Notes: a model not told the origin generated them from the letters alone. 64,000 nucleotides of DNA from Amoebidium appalachense (GCA_963693365.1 CAVNZM010000004.1:3958047-4022046), one strand, 5' to 3'; counted from the first letter of the stretch, positions 31,057-45,030 are shown. Numbers and translations: made by a program.

Positions 31057-32297
31057 AGGGGGGGAGGGGGGGCTGTCGTGCCAAAGGAACTGGTCATACA
31101 GACACATGGGCACAACCTAGCAAGGTCCCGGCTACTGAAGCGCACAAGTGAAGAGTATGCCTGACATACTTGAACCGGGTGGGAAGGTGTCAAGATGCAA
31201 TAGTGAAAGGTGTTGTGGAAGGTGTTGAAGGGCCCACCCTTCGTACGTGTGCATGCGAGGATGAGTGAACGAACATGGTTTTCCTTTTCCTTTTCCTTTT
31301 CCATTTCTTTATGTGTGTGTGTGTGTGTGTGTTTTGGGGGGTGGGGGGATACATACCAAGCTGGTCGAGCATCTTGTCGCACTCATCCAGCACAAAGTGC
31401 TTGACCTTGGACAGGTCGAGCAGCTTGTTGCGGGGGTCTGTGGCCAGCTGCTTGATGCGCCCGGGGGTGCCGACGACAATGTGTGGGTAGTTGTCCTTGT
31501 CCTTGAGCGTCTTCTCATCCTGCTTGATGCTGACGCCGCCAAAGAACACAGCCGACCGAACGCCATTCATGTACTTGCTGAACCGCTCGTACTCATTGCG
31601 GATCTGGTACGCCAATTCGCGCGTGTGGCACATGACAAGAACGTGGACCTCACCGTCCACGGGTTCGAGCTGCTGCAGGGTGGCAAGCACGAACACGGCC
31701 GTCTTACCCATGCCGGACTTGGCCTGGCAGATGATGTCCATGCCGAGGATGGCCTGGGGGATGGCAACGTGCTGGACTGTGGGGACAAGAACATGACGTT
31801 AGTGCTTGCTCGGTGAACTAAAAATACGAGCACTTGACTTTGGTTTTGCCATCTCGCTAAGGCCACAAGAAAACACAACTATGAGCCTGTCCACCAGTCC
31901 GCAACCATCTCCGCCTCCCAACCTTCTGAACTTTACCCTTCCTCCTGACCATCTGTAACAACAAAGCTCAGGCTCTTATTCTTTCCTCCAAGCACTCATC
32001 CTTTCGTCCTAACCATCTAAAACAGCCACCACGTCTACAAGCGCCACGGCAAACCGACCGTCTCATCCCTCAGGCACGTAAGCAAAACCCACCTTCTGAA
32101 GGGTGCTCAAAGCCACAGTCCACGATGGCGCGGAGGAGCTCGGGCTTCAGGAGGAAATCCCTGAAGCCGGAGGTGTGAATACCGACGTAGCCCTTCTTTG
32201 TGGTGGCTACGGCAGCCCCCTTCTCCTCGACCGCGGCCTCATTCTCCTGGGCCAAATCCTCGTCGTAGTCGAGAAGCTCATCACCGTTGTCGGCCAT
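28795..32297 (-). CDS. DDX39: DECD-box RNA helicase UAP56/DDX39/Sub2, about 429 aa. Exons 32297-32093, 31776-31357, 30941-30691, 30310-30201, 29852-29708, 29391-29244, 28805-28795
   Basis: [71 protein letters not shown]. The last micro-exon (M-T-G-stop) follows a GCTGAC branch point and pyrimidine tract; it is less certain. Confidence 0.97.
29017..29217 (-). mobile_element. Long copy of element X in the last DDX39 intron
   Basis: Matches 43869-44070 with a few substitutions; poly-G flanks on both sides. Confidence 0.85.
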
Positions 32298-35200
32298 GTT
32301 GGATGCTTTTTGATGGGGAGAGAGCTGTGGACATAGCGCGTTAAGGAGGGTTTCCAGCAGGACCTGTAAGGGGAAGAAGACTGCTCCACAAGCAGACGGC
32401 CTTCTTGATTTGTGTTGCAGACGAGTTGTTCAGGCAGGATAGAAGGCGCTAAGGAGTGAGAAGCAACACTAGCTATTTCGGCTCCGGAGGTGCACTAATC
32501 GACAAAGGCAGTTCCCCATCCTAAAACAAAACTCCGAGCCATGACAGTGATTCCAGAAATCTCTCTGCCCCGTGACTTTGAACCTCACCCAAGACACTGC
32601 CGGGTGTGGTCTGCCACCGTGATCTCGTTCTTTCCGATAAAATGCTACCGTCATGCTACCGCCAAGCCGAATAAAAAAACGAAACAAGTAAACTTACTCC
32701 CGCTTTCCCTTTCCCCGTATGTTCTGGTGGTTGCGCGACTATGATCTACTTGTCTTGCACGTTCCATCTCAACAAGTCCACAGGCAACCTTAATTCTACC
32801 CGTCACTCCTTAGTCTTCCGCCAGCCGTTGTTTGCCCGTCCACAAGAATGAACTGTGTAAACGGGCTTTCGAAAACCCCAGCTGAGGAACATGGGGAGTA
32901 TCCTACGGCCCGAACCCATGGGCTCCAGCCGTACTGCCTCAAAAGGGAAAACAAGGGAACATTTCTGCCTACGCAAGACCTGTTCCTGCAAAAGGCTCCA
33001 CTGAAGTAGCTATGCGTTTGGAACGACTGAAATAGCAGGAAAATATTGCCAAGCACGAAACGATTCTCCCACGAAATCCGGTCGAAAGCCGTTCGTTCGT
33101 TTGGTGAGAGTCTTAAAACCGTCTGCTGCCCATGGGTTGAAACGTTGCCTTGAACTCATTTTCGTTTACCCAAGAAGGACACCAGAAGGTAGTAAACCGC
33201 CAAACACAAAAGATAACAAGAAAAAAGAGGAAAAGATACAGAAACGGCGAGGGCAAAAAAAAAAAAAAGAAAGAAAGAAAGGGAAAAAAAGGTACCGTAA
33301 TAACACACACACAAAAGTCACCCTATCACACACCACAGGAACGCACACAAACAAAAAGCCTACTAAGTAAACTCTAACACGATATAGCCCAGCTAAATCA
33401 AGCCAGCTAGCCTTACAGAGAGGCAGAAAAAAAACAGGCCCGAAGAAAAAGCTTTCCGCTACCTGAAACGGGAGGGTTACGTTGACACAACGGAGACTGA
33501 ACTGTTTGACGTGGCGCCAAAATGTTTTTGCCTCATGCCCCAGCAACCCAACTGCCATCCATGTGACTGCGAGCCAATAAAAACACTGAATAAACACGTT
33601 TACATTTTATTGCATACCAGAAAACCGACAAGCAAAAAACCCGATCTTTGTCGTGGATTCTATGATCACTCTTTCTCCAACTTCCCATTAGTATCCAACC
33701 ATGTATCTCGGTGCTTCACAACAGCTATTTATAATAATCTGATTCACATTTTATAGTGGTTTCAAGGGCTTTTTAGTTTCGAGTAGAGCCTTAGGAACTA
33801 CACCACTAACGCTCCTTGTGCAGATCCCTACGATGATGTCAGATCTGCATCGTTCCATTAAAATTTAGCAAGCCGCGACTATTGGTTACATAAATATTAG
33901 CTCCCTGCCATCTCGTTCGTCAGCTTTCTCGTTTTTCTTTTGAAGTCGGACTCGCCTTTCCTCGTTCTTTGTTGTGGACTTTCCCATTCTTACAGTGATG
34001 TTGAATTGTTTTTTTCTAATAATATACAGTGCGCGGTGCGATGCTTGAAGGTTACGAGTATATGGCAGCTCTAAACAAATTGTCGTCCAAATGTGCGGCT
34101 GAATGAAGTTGACTCGAGAGCTATGAAATTTGATTCTTGAATCTATTGGTGGCCCGAGTTCTGGTACCAAGGCTTGTTTGTGTGGGCGTGCAAACGGCTA
34201 GAACTCTTTTGTGTTTACGTATGCTTGTGCGTTTGAATGAAAGTGGTGTGTATTGCACGAGAAACTACTAGTCTTGTGTTCCTGTGCCACATCTTTATTT
34301 ATCCGGCTGAGTGTCTGCACGGCCCAATAAACCACAGCCTAGTACGTGCCTAGCATCACGGTTGCATGGGTTTCCATATATTCGTGCGCAGTTTTATTTA
34401 CCCTTGCGAACAGCTTCCAAATTTTTCTGCCATCTTCAACAAACAATTTCGTTACACAGCTGAGAGTGCTGCCCTGCACCTGGCTAAGTGCACTGGTGTG
34501 TCCCCTGGAGTGCCTAGACGTTCGTGGCAATCGGGGATGTTGAGTATATAAAAAGTGTATGTAACTATCGCAGTTACTTCAAATGCTACATATAAACCCT
34601 TTCGAATTTGGGCATGTACGGTGCCAACCACAAGCAGACGGGCATGTCTCAAGGTTGAACTAGGGCAGAGGCGACTAGGTGTGCTTGAGTGCCCCTGCCA
34701 AGATCATTGTGGGAATGTTTTTCCTAATGCAGTTACGTAAGTGGAGCAGGTGGCTACGCCTGCACATTATAAGCAAATGCCTCACCTGTCAGCAAACGGC
34801 ACCCACACCGACCTCCCACCAGCCACTGCAGACTGAACAATTTATGCATGCAGAGCACTGACAAGATGTCGAGGCTGACACGCAGACACTCTCAAAAAGG
34901 TTCCCCAGTGACTATCGCTGATCACATTTTTATAAAACACCCCCTTGATGGCTTTAAAGACTTCTATAGAGACCCCAACGGAAGAGAATATTGAGTTTAG
35001 GAGGTACTTCACCAGCAATGCCATCGGACCAGGCAAGGTGAAGTGTACACGTGCAAGCGCATACTCAGAGTATTGTAGCCTTGAGATTTTGGCATGTTGG
35101 CCTGGAGTGATTAGTTCTAACGCCTTTATTAGTTTATTGTATGAACTGTAGTTAAATACGTGGCTATGCTATGAGCCTAAGAACATCTAAATTTTCTGGC

Positions 35201-35385
35201 TGGTAGCATTCGGCACGTGTTTCGGAATCACCACGTACCCTGCAGATGCTGGACTCGGACAACCAAAATCACATTTTTTAATATTGATGTGTGGCATCCA
35301 ACAAGTAAAGCTGTCACATTTACTTTGCTTCTTCACTTCCATGAGTCAGTAGTTGCTGTTTGATGCTATACAATTATTAGCCATA

Positions 35386-36825
35386 ATGAGCAAATACACG
35401 CTAAAGTATTCACGGGGTAAGTCTGCAGCCCATGTGGCCACCTTCCCCAACGGGCTCCCAAGCAGCAAATGTTTTGCAGAGGGCGACGACCAGGAGCTGA
35501 AATGGTCTCTTTATGCCTCCCAACAAGCAAGCGGCAAAAAGGTTCGTACCTAGACACGTTGAGGGATGTTAGGTCACAGGCATGCCTTGGAACATTATTA
35601 TGTGACTTTCGTGGAGGGATCCTGCATTGGCTCGTAGCTTCTTGGCCTCTGCCTGCGCTGCTTACTGTAATCACAGCGGCATATGCGTTCTTGCTTCGTT
35701 CAAAAACACTTTGCGTTTTTTTTTTGCTTGAACCCTCCACCCCACCCTCCCCCTTCCCCCCCCCCCCCCCCCCCCCTCCCCCCGTCCTTCCTTGGTCCCC
35801 TTCTCACCCAAGCACTTGCCTCCCCCCCACCCCCCCCCCCCCCCCCCCGCTACCTTCGCCTGGTTGGTAGCCCCCATGCTTTATTTTCTGTACCCCGCAT
35901 CCTCCCCACTCTCTCGATCACGCATTCTTGTTGCTTTGACTCTTTCTCGTCTTCTTTTTATGAGCTCATTGCATTTCAGTGTGTCCCTTCCCCCTCCGTG
36001 AGATATCGTCCTCCCCCCTATCCTTTCTGCCCCTCTCCCTTGAATGGAGCTAGTACATATCTGGCCTCGTTTACTCATTTCCTCCCTCTCCTCTTCCTTC
36101 CCCCCCCCCCCCCCCCCCCTTCCCTCACCCCCTGCCCCCGCCCCCGCCCCCAGTCCCGCTTTCTCCTTGCCATTTTTTCAGAACCTGAGGTTTTTTTGAG
36201 CTGCTACTGGGGCTGGGGGTGGTATGGTGGTGGCGGTAGTTGGGGTGGGGTGGGGTGGGTGGGTGGATGGGTGGGTGTGTTGTGTGTGTTGTTTGTGAGT
36301 GTGTCCGAGGAAGGGGGGGGGGGGGGGGGTGAGGGGGGCTGCTGAAGTTCTAGAGACGGATCTGGAGCTTTTCCCCTTTTCTCTCTCTCTCTTTCTTTCG
36401 GGGGGGGGGGGGGGGGAAGGGGGGGGGGGGGGGAGAGAAGGAGGAATGGAGAAGAGGATGAGTGTGGGAAGCTTGGAGAGCGTTTTTTTTTTTTCCCTTT
36501 TAGTCGGATCTGGCCGTTCTGGATTGACTCACTTTATACATATTTAGAAGTTACCCCTGTAGTGTAGTGCATTCTTTAGCCCCTATGTGGCACGAACTGC
36601 TTTGCATCCCTTGGGAACAGAGTTTCAATTCTTGTGAGTGGGGTCCTTGGTGATCTATGAAAAATTTTGGTTTGTCATTCTTGGTCGGTCCCCCCCACCC
36701 CCCCCTTTTCCCTCCCCCCGTCCCTCGCCTGCTTCTTTACTTCAATTTCTTCTTGACTTTTTTTTGATGTATGAGTGTGTGTGTGGTGGTGGTGTTGGGT
36801 GGGTGGGTGGGTGGGGGGGGGGGAT

Positions 36826-36860
<35 letters not shown>

Positions 36861-36998
36861 ACCCACTTTGTGGTTCTATCTCTCGATTTGATTGCGAGCT
36901 AGCCCTACGTTAATGTGCAAGGAACCAATGAAACTGAAGCATAGCTAGATGGGCCAGAAGGGTGGGTGGGGTGGGGTGGGGTGGGGTGGGAGAGACAT

Positions 36999-37033
<35 letters not shown>

Positions 37034-37088
37034 GAAACCTTACACGTGCACACGCACACACATGGGACCCACCTTACTGACACCCATG

Positions 37089-37149
<61 letters not shown>

Positions 37150-38059
37150 GCACGCACACGCACACGCACACCAGGAGCCCAAGAAGTTTCTCATTGGAGA
37201 GAACGAGGCGATGGAGTACTCTGCAGGCACACACGGGGACACACACACACCCATGGTGCGCACGTGCAGATATCTGGTGGGGGTGGTCAGCAAGAAGGAC
37301 AAAACAGTGACCCTGTATGATGCCGACAACTTTGCACTCAAGCAGGTAGGTCTTTCTTTTAGATTTAAGATTTTAGAAAAAGTTAAAGTTTAATATCATT
37401 TGCGGTTGGGGGGTGGTGAGCAAGAAGTCGAGACAATGACCCTGTATGATGCCGACAACTTTGCACTAAAGCAGATAGGTCTTTTTTGAAAGTTAAAGAT
37501 TTTCTTTAAAAATTATAAAAAATTAACATTGTTTACGGGTGGGGGTGGTTAGTAAGAAGGACCGAACAGTGACGCAGTATTATGCAGACAACTTTACACT
37601 CAGGCAGTTAGGCCTGTGTTTAAAGTTAAAACTTTAAAAAGCCTAAATTTTATTGTTATTTGTGTTATGGTGATTATGACGGTGGCGGTGTTATTGTTCT
37701 TGTTGTTGCTGTCGTTATTGATACTGTTGTTGTTGCTGTTATGATCATTAGTAGTAGTGCCACCATCATAATAATAATTATCAACGGTGATGTTTGTTGT
37801 TTGTTGTTGTTGTTTTCTTTGCTCTCCTCTTTTTCCACTTCGGGAGTTGGGGGGGGGAGGGGAGGGGGGGGAGGAGGGGGGGGGGGGGGGGGGGGGCAGG
37901 ACAGCTAAAATACCAGGTCCTCTTACGTTCCGTTCCGCAGCACCCCGCGCTAAACTTTTCCCTCGCCCCCTCCCCTCCATTTTGGATTTCCCACTTTTGT
38001 GACGTTTTGTTGTTCTCTTTGTTGTCTCCTCCAACCCTCAACTCATACATCCCCCCCCC

Positions 38060-38090
<31 letters not shown>

Positions 38091-38335
38091 ACACACACAC
38101 CACCACCACCACCTCCATTACCACTATCACCACCACCCACTTACCAATTTACAACTACACACCCACACACTCCCACCCACCCCCACCCCGACCCCACCCC
38201 ACCTCGATTTTGTCATATTTTTTGTGTGTGCTTTGCAACATGCATTGTGTTGTCCGTCATGAATGTGTACTTCGAACTCTGTACCACATTCTAACCGCCT
38301 CCCCCCTCCCCCCCGCCCGCCCCCTCCCTCTTTCC

Positions 38336-38371
<36 letters not shown>

Positions 38372-39289
38372 TTTTTTTTCCCATTTCAGAGGGTCAAACG
38401 TCCCAAATACGAGCAAGAGGGTGATGTGCAGGATGAGGAAGAGAAGGAAGAGATGACGGAGTACCAAAAGATGCTCCAATCTAAGAGGGAGCTGACACAG
38501 AGCTTTGGTGCCAGAAAGAACCAGAAGTATCTACAGAACATTATGGAGAGTAGGGTAGATGCTACGGCTTTGGCGGCTGTGTCCGGCGCTGTGCAGAAGC
38601 AGTATGTGCCTCCGTTCCTTTCTCCCTCCCTCTCTCCCTCCCTCCCTCCCTCCCTCCCTCCCCTCCCTCCCTCCCTCCCCCCCCCCCCCCCCCCCCTCTC
38701 TCTCTCTCTCTTTCTCTTTCTTTTTTTTTTTGGGTGCGTGTGGGGGGGGGGGGGGGGGGGGGGGGGGGGGAGATGGGGATGGGGCTCTGTCAGTCTCTCC
38801 TATACTTCTCTCTTTTTTTCCTCTCTCTCTCTTTTTTTCTTTTCTTTTTTTTTTTTTTTTTTGTGGGGGGGGGGGGGGGAGGGGGGGAGGGGGGGGGGGG
38901 GGGGGGGGGGCAAGCTATACACGTTTAGTAGCTTCTGATAGTTTTTTTTTGTGTGTGTGTGTATGTGTGTGTCCCTGCGGGTCTTCTGTCTGTGTGCTTG
39001 CCTGTGTGAAGGGGTTGCTGGTAGTTCAGGTAGGGGCAGGGAGGTGGGTGGGTTGGGGGGGGGGGGGGGGGAAGGGGGGGGGGGGGGGGGGAGGGGGGTT
39101 GGTTCCAGAAGTCAGATATAGGCCACACTAGGTGAAGGCAGCAGTTATGGAGTCGGTAGCCTACCTCTTTTTGAGCCAAACACGGTTTCTGAGTCACGCA
39201 GTGAGCAGGTTTTCATAGGGATGACACATGTCCTCGGCAGGCACAAGGTGTTGGGATGTGGTGTAGATGGGGAGACGCAAACGTGCTCA

Positions 39290-39324
<35 letters not shown>

Positions 39325-39479
39325 TCATTTCCGTGTGTTGATGTACTTGTTATCCCCCCCCTCCCCCTCCCTCCCTCTCGTCCCGACAAAAAAGAGAGAG
39401 AGGAGAGGAGAAAGTGAAGAGCACAAGAACATACACAAACACCCACGGAAACACCAGTACATACACACAAGCTAACACA

Positions 39480-39520
<41 letters not shown>

Positions 39521-40230
39521 ACACCCACCCACACCCAAACCTGCCCTATTTCCCTCCCATCCGTCCATTCCCCCTCCGCCTCCCCCCCCCCCCCCCCCCC
39601 CCCCCCCCGACGTGGGCCCCCCTGAGGATGGGCTCTGCTTATTATGCATACTCTTTATGTATGGCTTGCATTCTGCATCGTGTTATCCGTTTGTTCTTGT
39701 GTACTTCGTACTTTTTGACGCATTCAAACCCCCCCCCCCCCCCCCCCCATACACACACACACACATGCGCACACACACACACACACACACAGAATGGAGG
39801 AGCAAGCAGCACAGGCCCCCACCCTCCAAGAAACTGAAGCCGAAATGGCTGCCGACAAACCCCTTCCCCCGTTCGACCTCTCAGCCACCGACCCTGAGGA
39901 TGTGTTCCCCTACAGCGGCCTAATCTCTGAGCTCGAACACGAGGCTCTAAAGTTCGTTTACCCCCCCCCCCCCCCCCCCCCCCCCCCCTCTCCCCCACCC
40001 CTTTTCCCCGGCAACATACACACACACACACACACACACAAGAACATACACCCACACCCACACACGCACGCACACATGCGTGTGTGCGCGCACACACACA
40101 CACACAAATACACGAGCATAAGCACACACACACACACACACACACCATACCTACAGGTGCATGCCCCCTTTTTGCACATCTACATCGTGTTGTCGGCCGT
40201 AACTGTGTACTCTGTTATCATTCTAGACCC

Positions 40231-40262
<32 letters not shown>

Positions 40263-40524
40263 ACCACCACCACCACCACCACCACCACCACCACCCACCT
40301 TCCCCCTTGTTGCCTTGAAGCAAAGGATAGGCGCTGGGAACTAACGGGAAAGCAGAAAGAGTCGAAACTCATCCTTATGCGGATGCATAGGAGCCCCTTT
40401 TGATGATGGGCTCTACTCCATTTTCTGCTTGCGCTGGTTGTGGTTTCTTCTTTGTGCTTTTTCGTTTCTGTGGTTGTGAACGACTTAGCTGACGCGTTTG
40501 CATCCCATAGTCTCATTTCCAAAC

Positions 40525-40565
<41 letters not shown>

Positions 40566-40758
40566 TTCTCCCTCCCCTCCCCACCCCCGTATTTCTGCAT
40601 TCTCCCACTCTCTGCTGAGTGGTGGTGAGCATTGTGAGCTCCTACAAAGACTTTTTTCTGACCTTCCCCCCTCCCCTGCCCCTACTCCCGTCTACCCCAA
40701 CTCAAGCACACACACACACACAAAGAGGTATACACACGCACGGACACAATATGACAGA

Positions 40759-40801
<43 letters not shown>

Positions 40802-41039
40802 ACGCACACACATGCACATACACACACACACACGTACACGTACACACACCTACACACGTACACACACGTACACGTACACACACGTACACACACACACGTA
40901 CACAGGCAGGGGGCGAAGATGCTCTCTTCAGCCAAGACCGACACCATTAGCAACTGGCGGGCCAAAGGCACCTACGGCCATTTTATTATTTCTCACTTGG
41001 CCTCCCTGCCACGGGACAACCCAGCAAAGAAGAACAAGG

Positions 41040-41091
<52 letters not shown>

Positions 41092-41174
41092 CTGCATACA
41101 GCCATACACACATGCACACACACAAGACGGACACACACACATGCTTCCACATGTAGACGTGCACGCGCGCACAC

Positions 41175-41233
<59 letters not shown>

Positions 41234-41448
41234 TTCCACATTTAGACGTGCACGCGCACACACACACAACACACACACATAACACTGCCACATCCAGACG
41301 TGCACCTGCGCAGTGACACATGCACACAGGCGCACACACAACACGCCTGCAAGCACTCGCGCAGACACGACGCGCACAAGTGCGCACACCTACACCAAAG
41401 CACACACACACAGAGAGAGAGTGTGTGTGTGGGTGTGGGTGTGGGTGT

Positions 41449-41494
<46 letters not shown>

Positions 41495-41575
41495 GAGGGA
41501 GAGTGAGAACAACAAAATTCCTCCCTGTCACTCCTCTCTTATCTCTCTCTCTCTCTCCCTCTCTCTCCCTCTCTC

Positions 41576-41613
<38 letters not shown>

Positions 41614-42179
41614 ACCTTCTGTCTCTTTTCTCTCTCTCTCTCTCGCCCTCTCTCACACTCCCCCCCTCCCCCCCTCTCTCAATCAGATGAAGGGATTTTT
41701 CCTGGTAGTGATTTGTCCCTCGTAGTGTGTTTTGCACGTTCTAACATGCCCCCCCCCCCCCCCCCCCCTCCCCCCCTCCCCCCCCTCCCATTCCACTCCC
41801 CCTCCCACCCCCCATCTTCTCCTCTAAAAAAAACACACACACACACACTTCCACACACGTACACACACACACACACACACGTACACGTACACAGATGGCC
41901 CGGTCGCTGCTGTACATCCACCACCTCTTGACGTTCATCAAGTGCTCACGGCCACACATCAACCCCGAGGATCCCCGTCTCCAGGACATCCCAGAGCCCG
42001 TCTTCAACAAATTCCTTGCAACATTTGCCGCATTGGAAAAGGCATGTCTACCCCCCTCCCCCCCCCCCCCCCCCCCCCCAACACACACACACACGCACAC
42101 ACGCCACCTATCCCACCTTTTCCGCTGAGGACATCATCGCCTGCCTGCCCGAATCCCTGCCTGCCTGCATGCCTCCCTT

Positions 42180-42213
<34 letters not shown>

Positions 42214-42318
42214 AGGCAGATGCTCCGACAGATGCCTCTTTCTTGTTTAATGCTCTGCCTATCGCTCTACACCTCCTCCTCCTTCCCCCCCTCCCCCCAA
42301 TTTATGTATGTATATAAT

Positions 42319-42354
<36 letters not shown>

Positions 42355-42857
42355 TCCCCCCCCCCCCCCAATCTACTCCACTGGAGTCCAACTTCCTCTT
42401 AATGCTTTCTAACACCTCACCCCCTCTCCCTGTCTCCCTCCCTCCTGCCTTCTTTCCCTCGTTCCCTTGCTTCTCTGTCCTTCCCTCACTTTCTCTCTCT
42501 CTCTCTTTTTCCGTCCCCCCCTCCTCTCTCCCTCCCTCTCTCTCCTTCCCCTCCCCTTCTCCCTTTGTTTCCCGACCCCAACCCTCCCACCCCCAATCCT
42601 CATTCTGACGTGCATTTCGATTTTGCCGGTTACGTGTAGAAAGTACATTGGTTGTGTTTCTATTTATGTAGCTGTGTATTTTCCTTGCATACGCACCTGA
42701 AGGTGGATACTCAAGTACATGGATGGTTTAGTGATGCCGGTGCTGATTTTTGCCCCCCCCCCCCCCCCTCTCCCCCCCCTCCGGGGCCCTAAGCCAACCA
42801 ACCATCATCACGATACCACTACACCAGCCAATGCGTACACACAGCGAGCAGCACACA

Positions 42858-42923
<66 letters not shown>

Positions 42924-43340
42924 CACACGCACACGTACACACGCACACGTACACGTACACACGTGCAGAATAAGGATGGCCAGGAGGTGTACATGGTTGA
43001 GCCCCGGCAGAGACAAAGGGCACAGACCTATTGCATTGCTCTAGCCCTACACATCGACGACTTCACGTTCGACTACACCCCCTTCATCCAGGACATGAAG
43101 TACCCCCCCCCCCCCCTCTCTCTCTCTCTCCCTCCCCTCTGCCTCCCCCCCCCCCTCCCCCCTCCCCCCCTCCCCCCCTTTCGTGGTGGAGAATAGGCGC
43201 TACTTATTAAAACATTCTTTGTCTGTGCTCTTAGAATTTTGATCTGCTTTGCAAACTTCCATTGTGTTGTCTGTCGTGAATGTGCACTTCGTACTCTATC
43301 ATGCATCCCCCCCCCCCCCCCCCCCCCCCCCCCTGGACAC

Positions 43341-43389
<49 letters not shown>

Positions 43390-43396
43390 GCGCACA

Positions 43397-43428
<32 letters not shown>

Positions 43429-43439
43429 GACAGCGCACA

Positions 43440-43471
<32 letters not shown>

Positions 43472-43482
43472 GACAGCGCACA

Positions 43483-43571
<89 letters not shown>

Positions 43572-44077
43572 CAACCTCCATCACTGGAGCCTCCTGGTGT
43601 TAAGCTTCATTCACATATCTTCTCCCTGCATGTTTCGGCCACGTGTTTTGTGTTTCTGCTTTTATGGTTTCGTTGTCTGTCGTTTCTTGGTTTTAGGGTT
43701 TTAGGGTTTCTATTGTGACCCATATACCCCCACTTTCCTCCATATCTCCAGCCCCCTAACGCATGCACCCCCTGCCCCCCCCCCCACCCCCACCCCCCCT
43801 CCCCCCGGCCTTTCCCACTGCCCTTGCCTGCATAAGCAACCCTGCTCGTCTCTGATCAAGACGGGTGACCTACCCATGTTCAAGTGAAACAGTATCTGAG
43901 TTGGGTTTCGTTAACGAGGTGAATTGGTCGAAACTCGGGTACTATGGATGACGTGGCCCCCCCCTGAGGATGGGCTCTGCTTATTATGCATACTCTTTAT
44001 GTATGGCTTGCATTCTGCATCGTGTTATCCGTTTGTTCTTGTGTACTTCGTACTTTTTGACGCATTCAAACCCACCC

Positions 44078-44108
<31 letters not shown>

Positions 44109-44135
44109 ATAAATAAATAAATAAATAAATAAAAA

Positions 44136-44178
<43 letters not shown>

Positions 44179-44398
44179 TTCCCTTAACCTATTTTATCGT
44201 TCCCAGCTATATTTGTCTCCTCTCATCTATTGTTAGCTAATTTGTTTAATCATGTTTTTTCTTCCCCCGTACAGGATGTCTGCGCCAGAGCTCAAGCGTG
44301 TGCTCCAATCAATGGGCCTCAAGTTGTCTGGCAACAATGCAAAGCTGGTTACCCCTGTAACGTTTGCAAAGATCGATCTCAAGAGAATTGGGAAATAA
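35386..44398 (+). CDS. POLR1E: RNA polymerase I subunit RPA49/PAF53 (POLR1E), about 410 aa. Exons 35386-35541, 37175-37345, 38390-38601, 39793-39951, 40906-41038, 41895-42041, 42969-43099, 44275-44398
   Basis: [77 protein letters not shown], and terminal AKLVTP are A49-family features; all junctions are phase-consistent. Confidence 0.88.
37279..37650 (+). repeat. Three ~130-bp tandem copies of the POLR1E exon-2 end plus intron start
   Basis: GGGGTGGT.AG.AAGAAG...TATGATGCCGACAACTTTGCACT.AAGCAG recurs at about 37279, 37410 and 37541. Confidence 0.85.
39609..39728 (+). mobile_element. 5'-truncated copy of element X (POLR1E intron 3)
   Basis: GACGTGGGCCCCCCTGAGGATGGG...GACGCATTCAAA identical to the core; flanked by poly-C. 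Confidence 0.85.
43869..44070 (+). mobile_element. Long copy of a dispersed intronic repeat family (element X)
   Basis: Near-identical to the reverse complement of 29017-29217: CATGTTCAAGTGAAACAGTATCTGAG...GGATGACGTGG-Cn-TGAGGATGGGCTCTGCTTATTATGC...GACGCATTCAAA-Cn. Confidence 0.85.
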
Positions 44399-44899
44399 TC
44401 GAGATTCGTGAAGTGTTTTTGAGATTATTGACGTTATTGGCATTTATTGCACTGTTTCTGAAAAATTATCGGTGCTTTTGTAAGTGTAATAGCTTTCGGT
44501 TTGTACATTATCGATGTAGGTAGAAAGAGCTGTGGCAAAGAGATATCTCGGATTGTGTTCATAGATATATCGCTAACAGGATTTTGCAATCACAAATGAT
44601 TTACAATATATTCAAAACGTAGTTGAAATAAATCTTTCACTTGCCTGGGCTGTGTACTGTGTGCACCAGTGGCACATTCCTTCTAGCATATTGGTAACGG
44701 ACAGATTGTGTTTTCCTTTTTGTGTGCGTGTTTCCGTGGATCACCCGACCACCTCATGTTTTGTGGGGTATTTTGCATCGAGTTTAAGCACTGTGCGCTA
44801 TATTCGGTCATTAGAAGTGATGTAAATACACGAGTGAGACAAGGGAAGAATGGGGATGCGTGCAGTGGATATGTGTGTGCGTTTTGGATCTCGTTTGTG

Positions 44900-44927
44900 C
44901 TTCGTGTGTGTGTGTGTTGGTGCTGGT

Positions 44928-44974
<47 letters not shown>

Positions 44975-44990
44975 GTGCGTGCGTGCGTGC

Positions 44991-45030
<40 letters not shown>

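Noticed and set aside
28806-32092. snoRNAs in DDX39 introns (as in vertebrate DDX39B)
   Set aside because: No convincing C/D box pair with a terminal stem found by eye; a covariance-model search would be needed.
43689-43710. TTTTAGGG twice, and TG1-3-like tracts near 15600-15700, as telomeric repeats
   Set aside because: Too short, or expected by chance from mixed G and GT repeats.
43925-43980. Hammerhead ribozyme (CTGAGGA plus GAAA) in element X
   Set aside because: Core words are present, but I could not form stems II and III or an NUH cleavage site.
43924-44112. Recurring peptides [15 protein letters not shown] / [14 protein letters not shown]
   Set aside because: These are translations of element X in different frames; older copies carry indels, so there is no sign of coding constraint.
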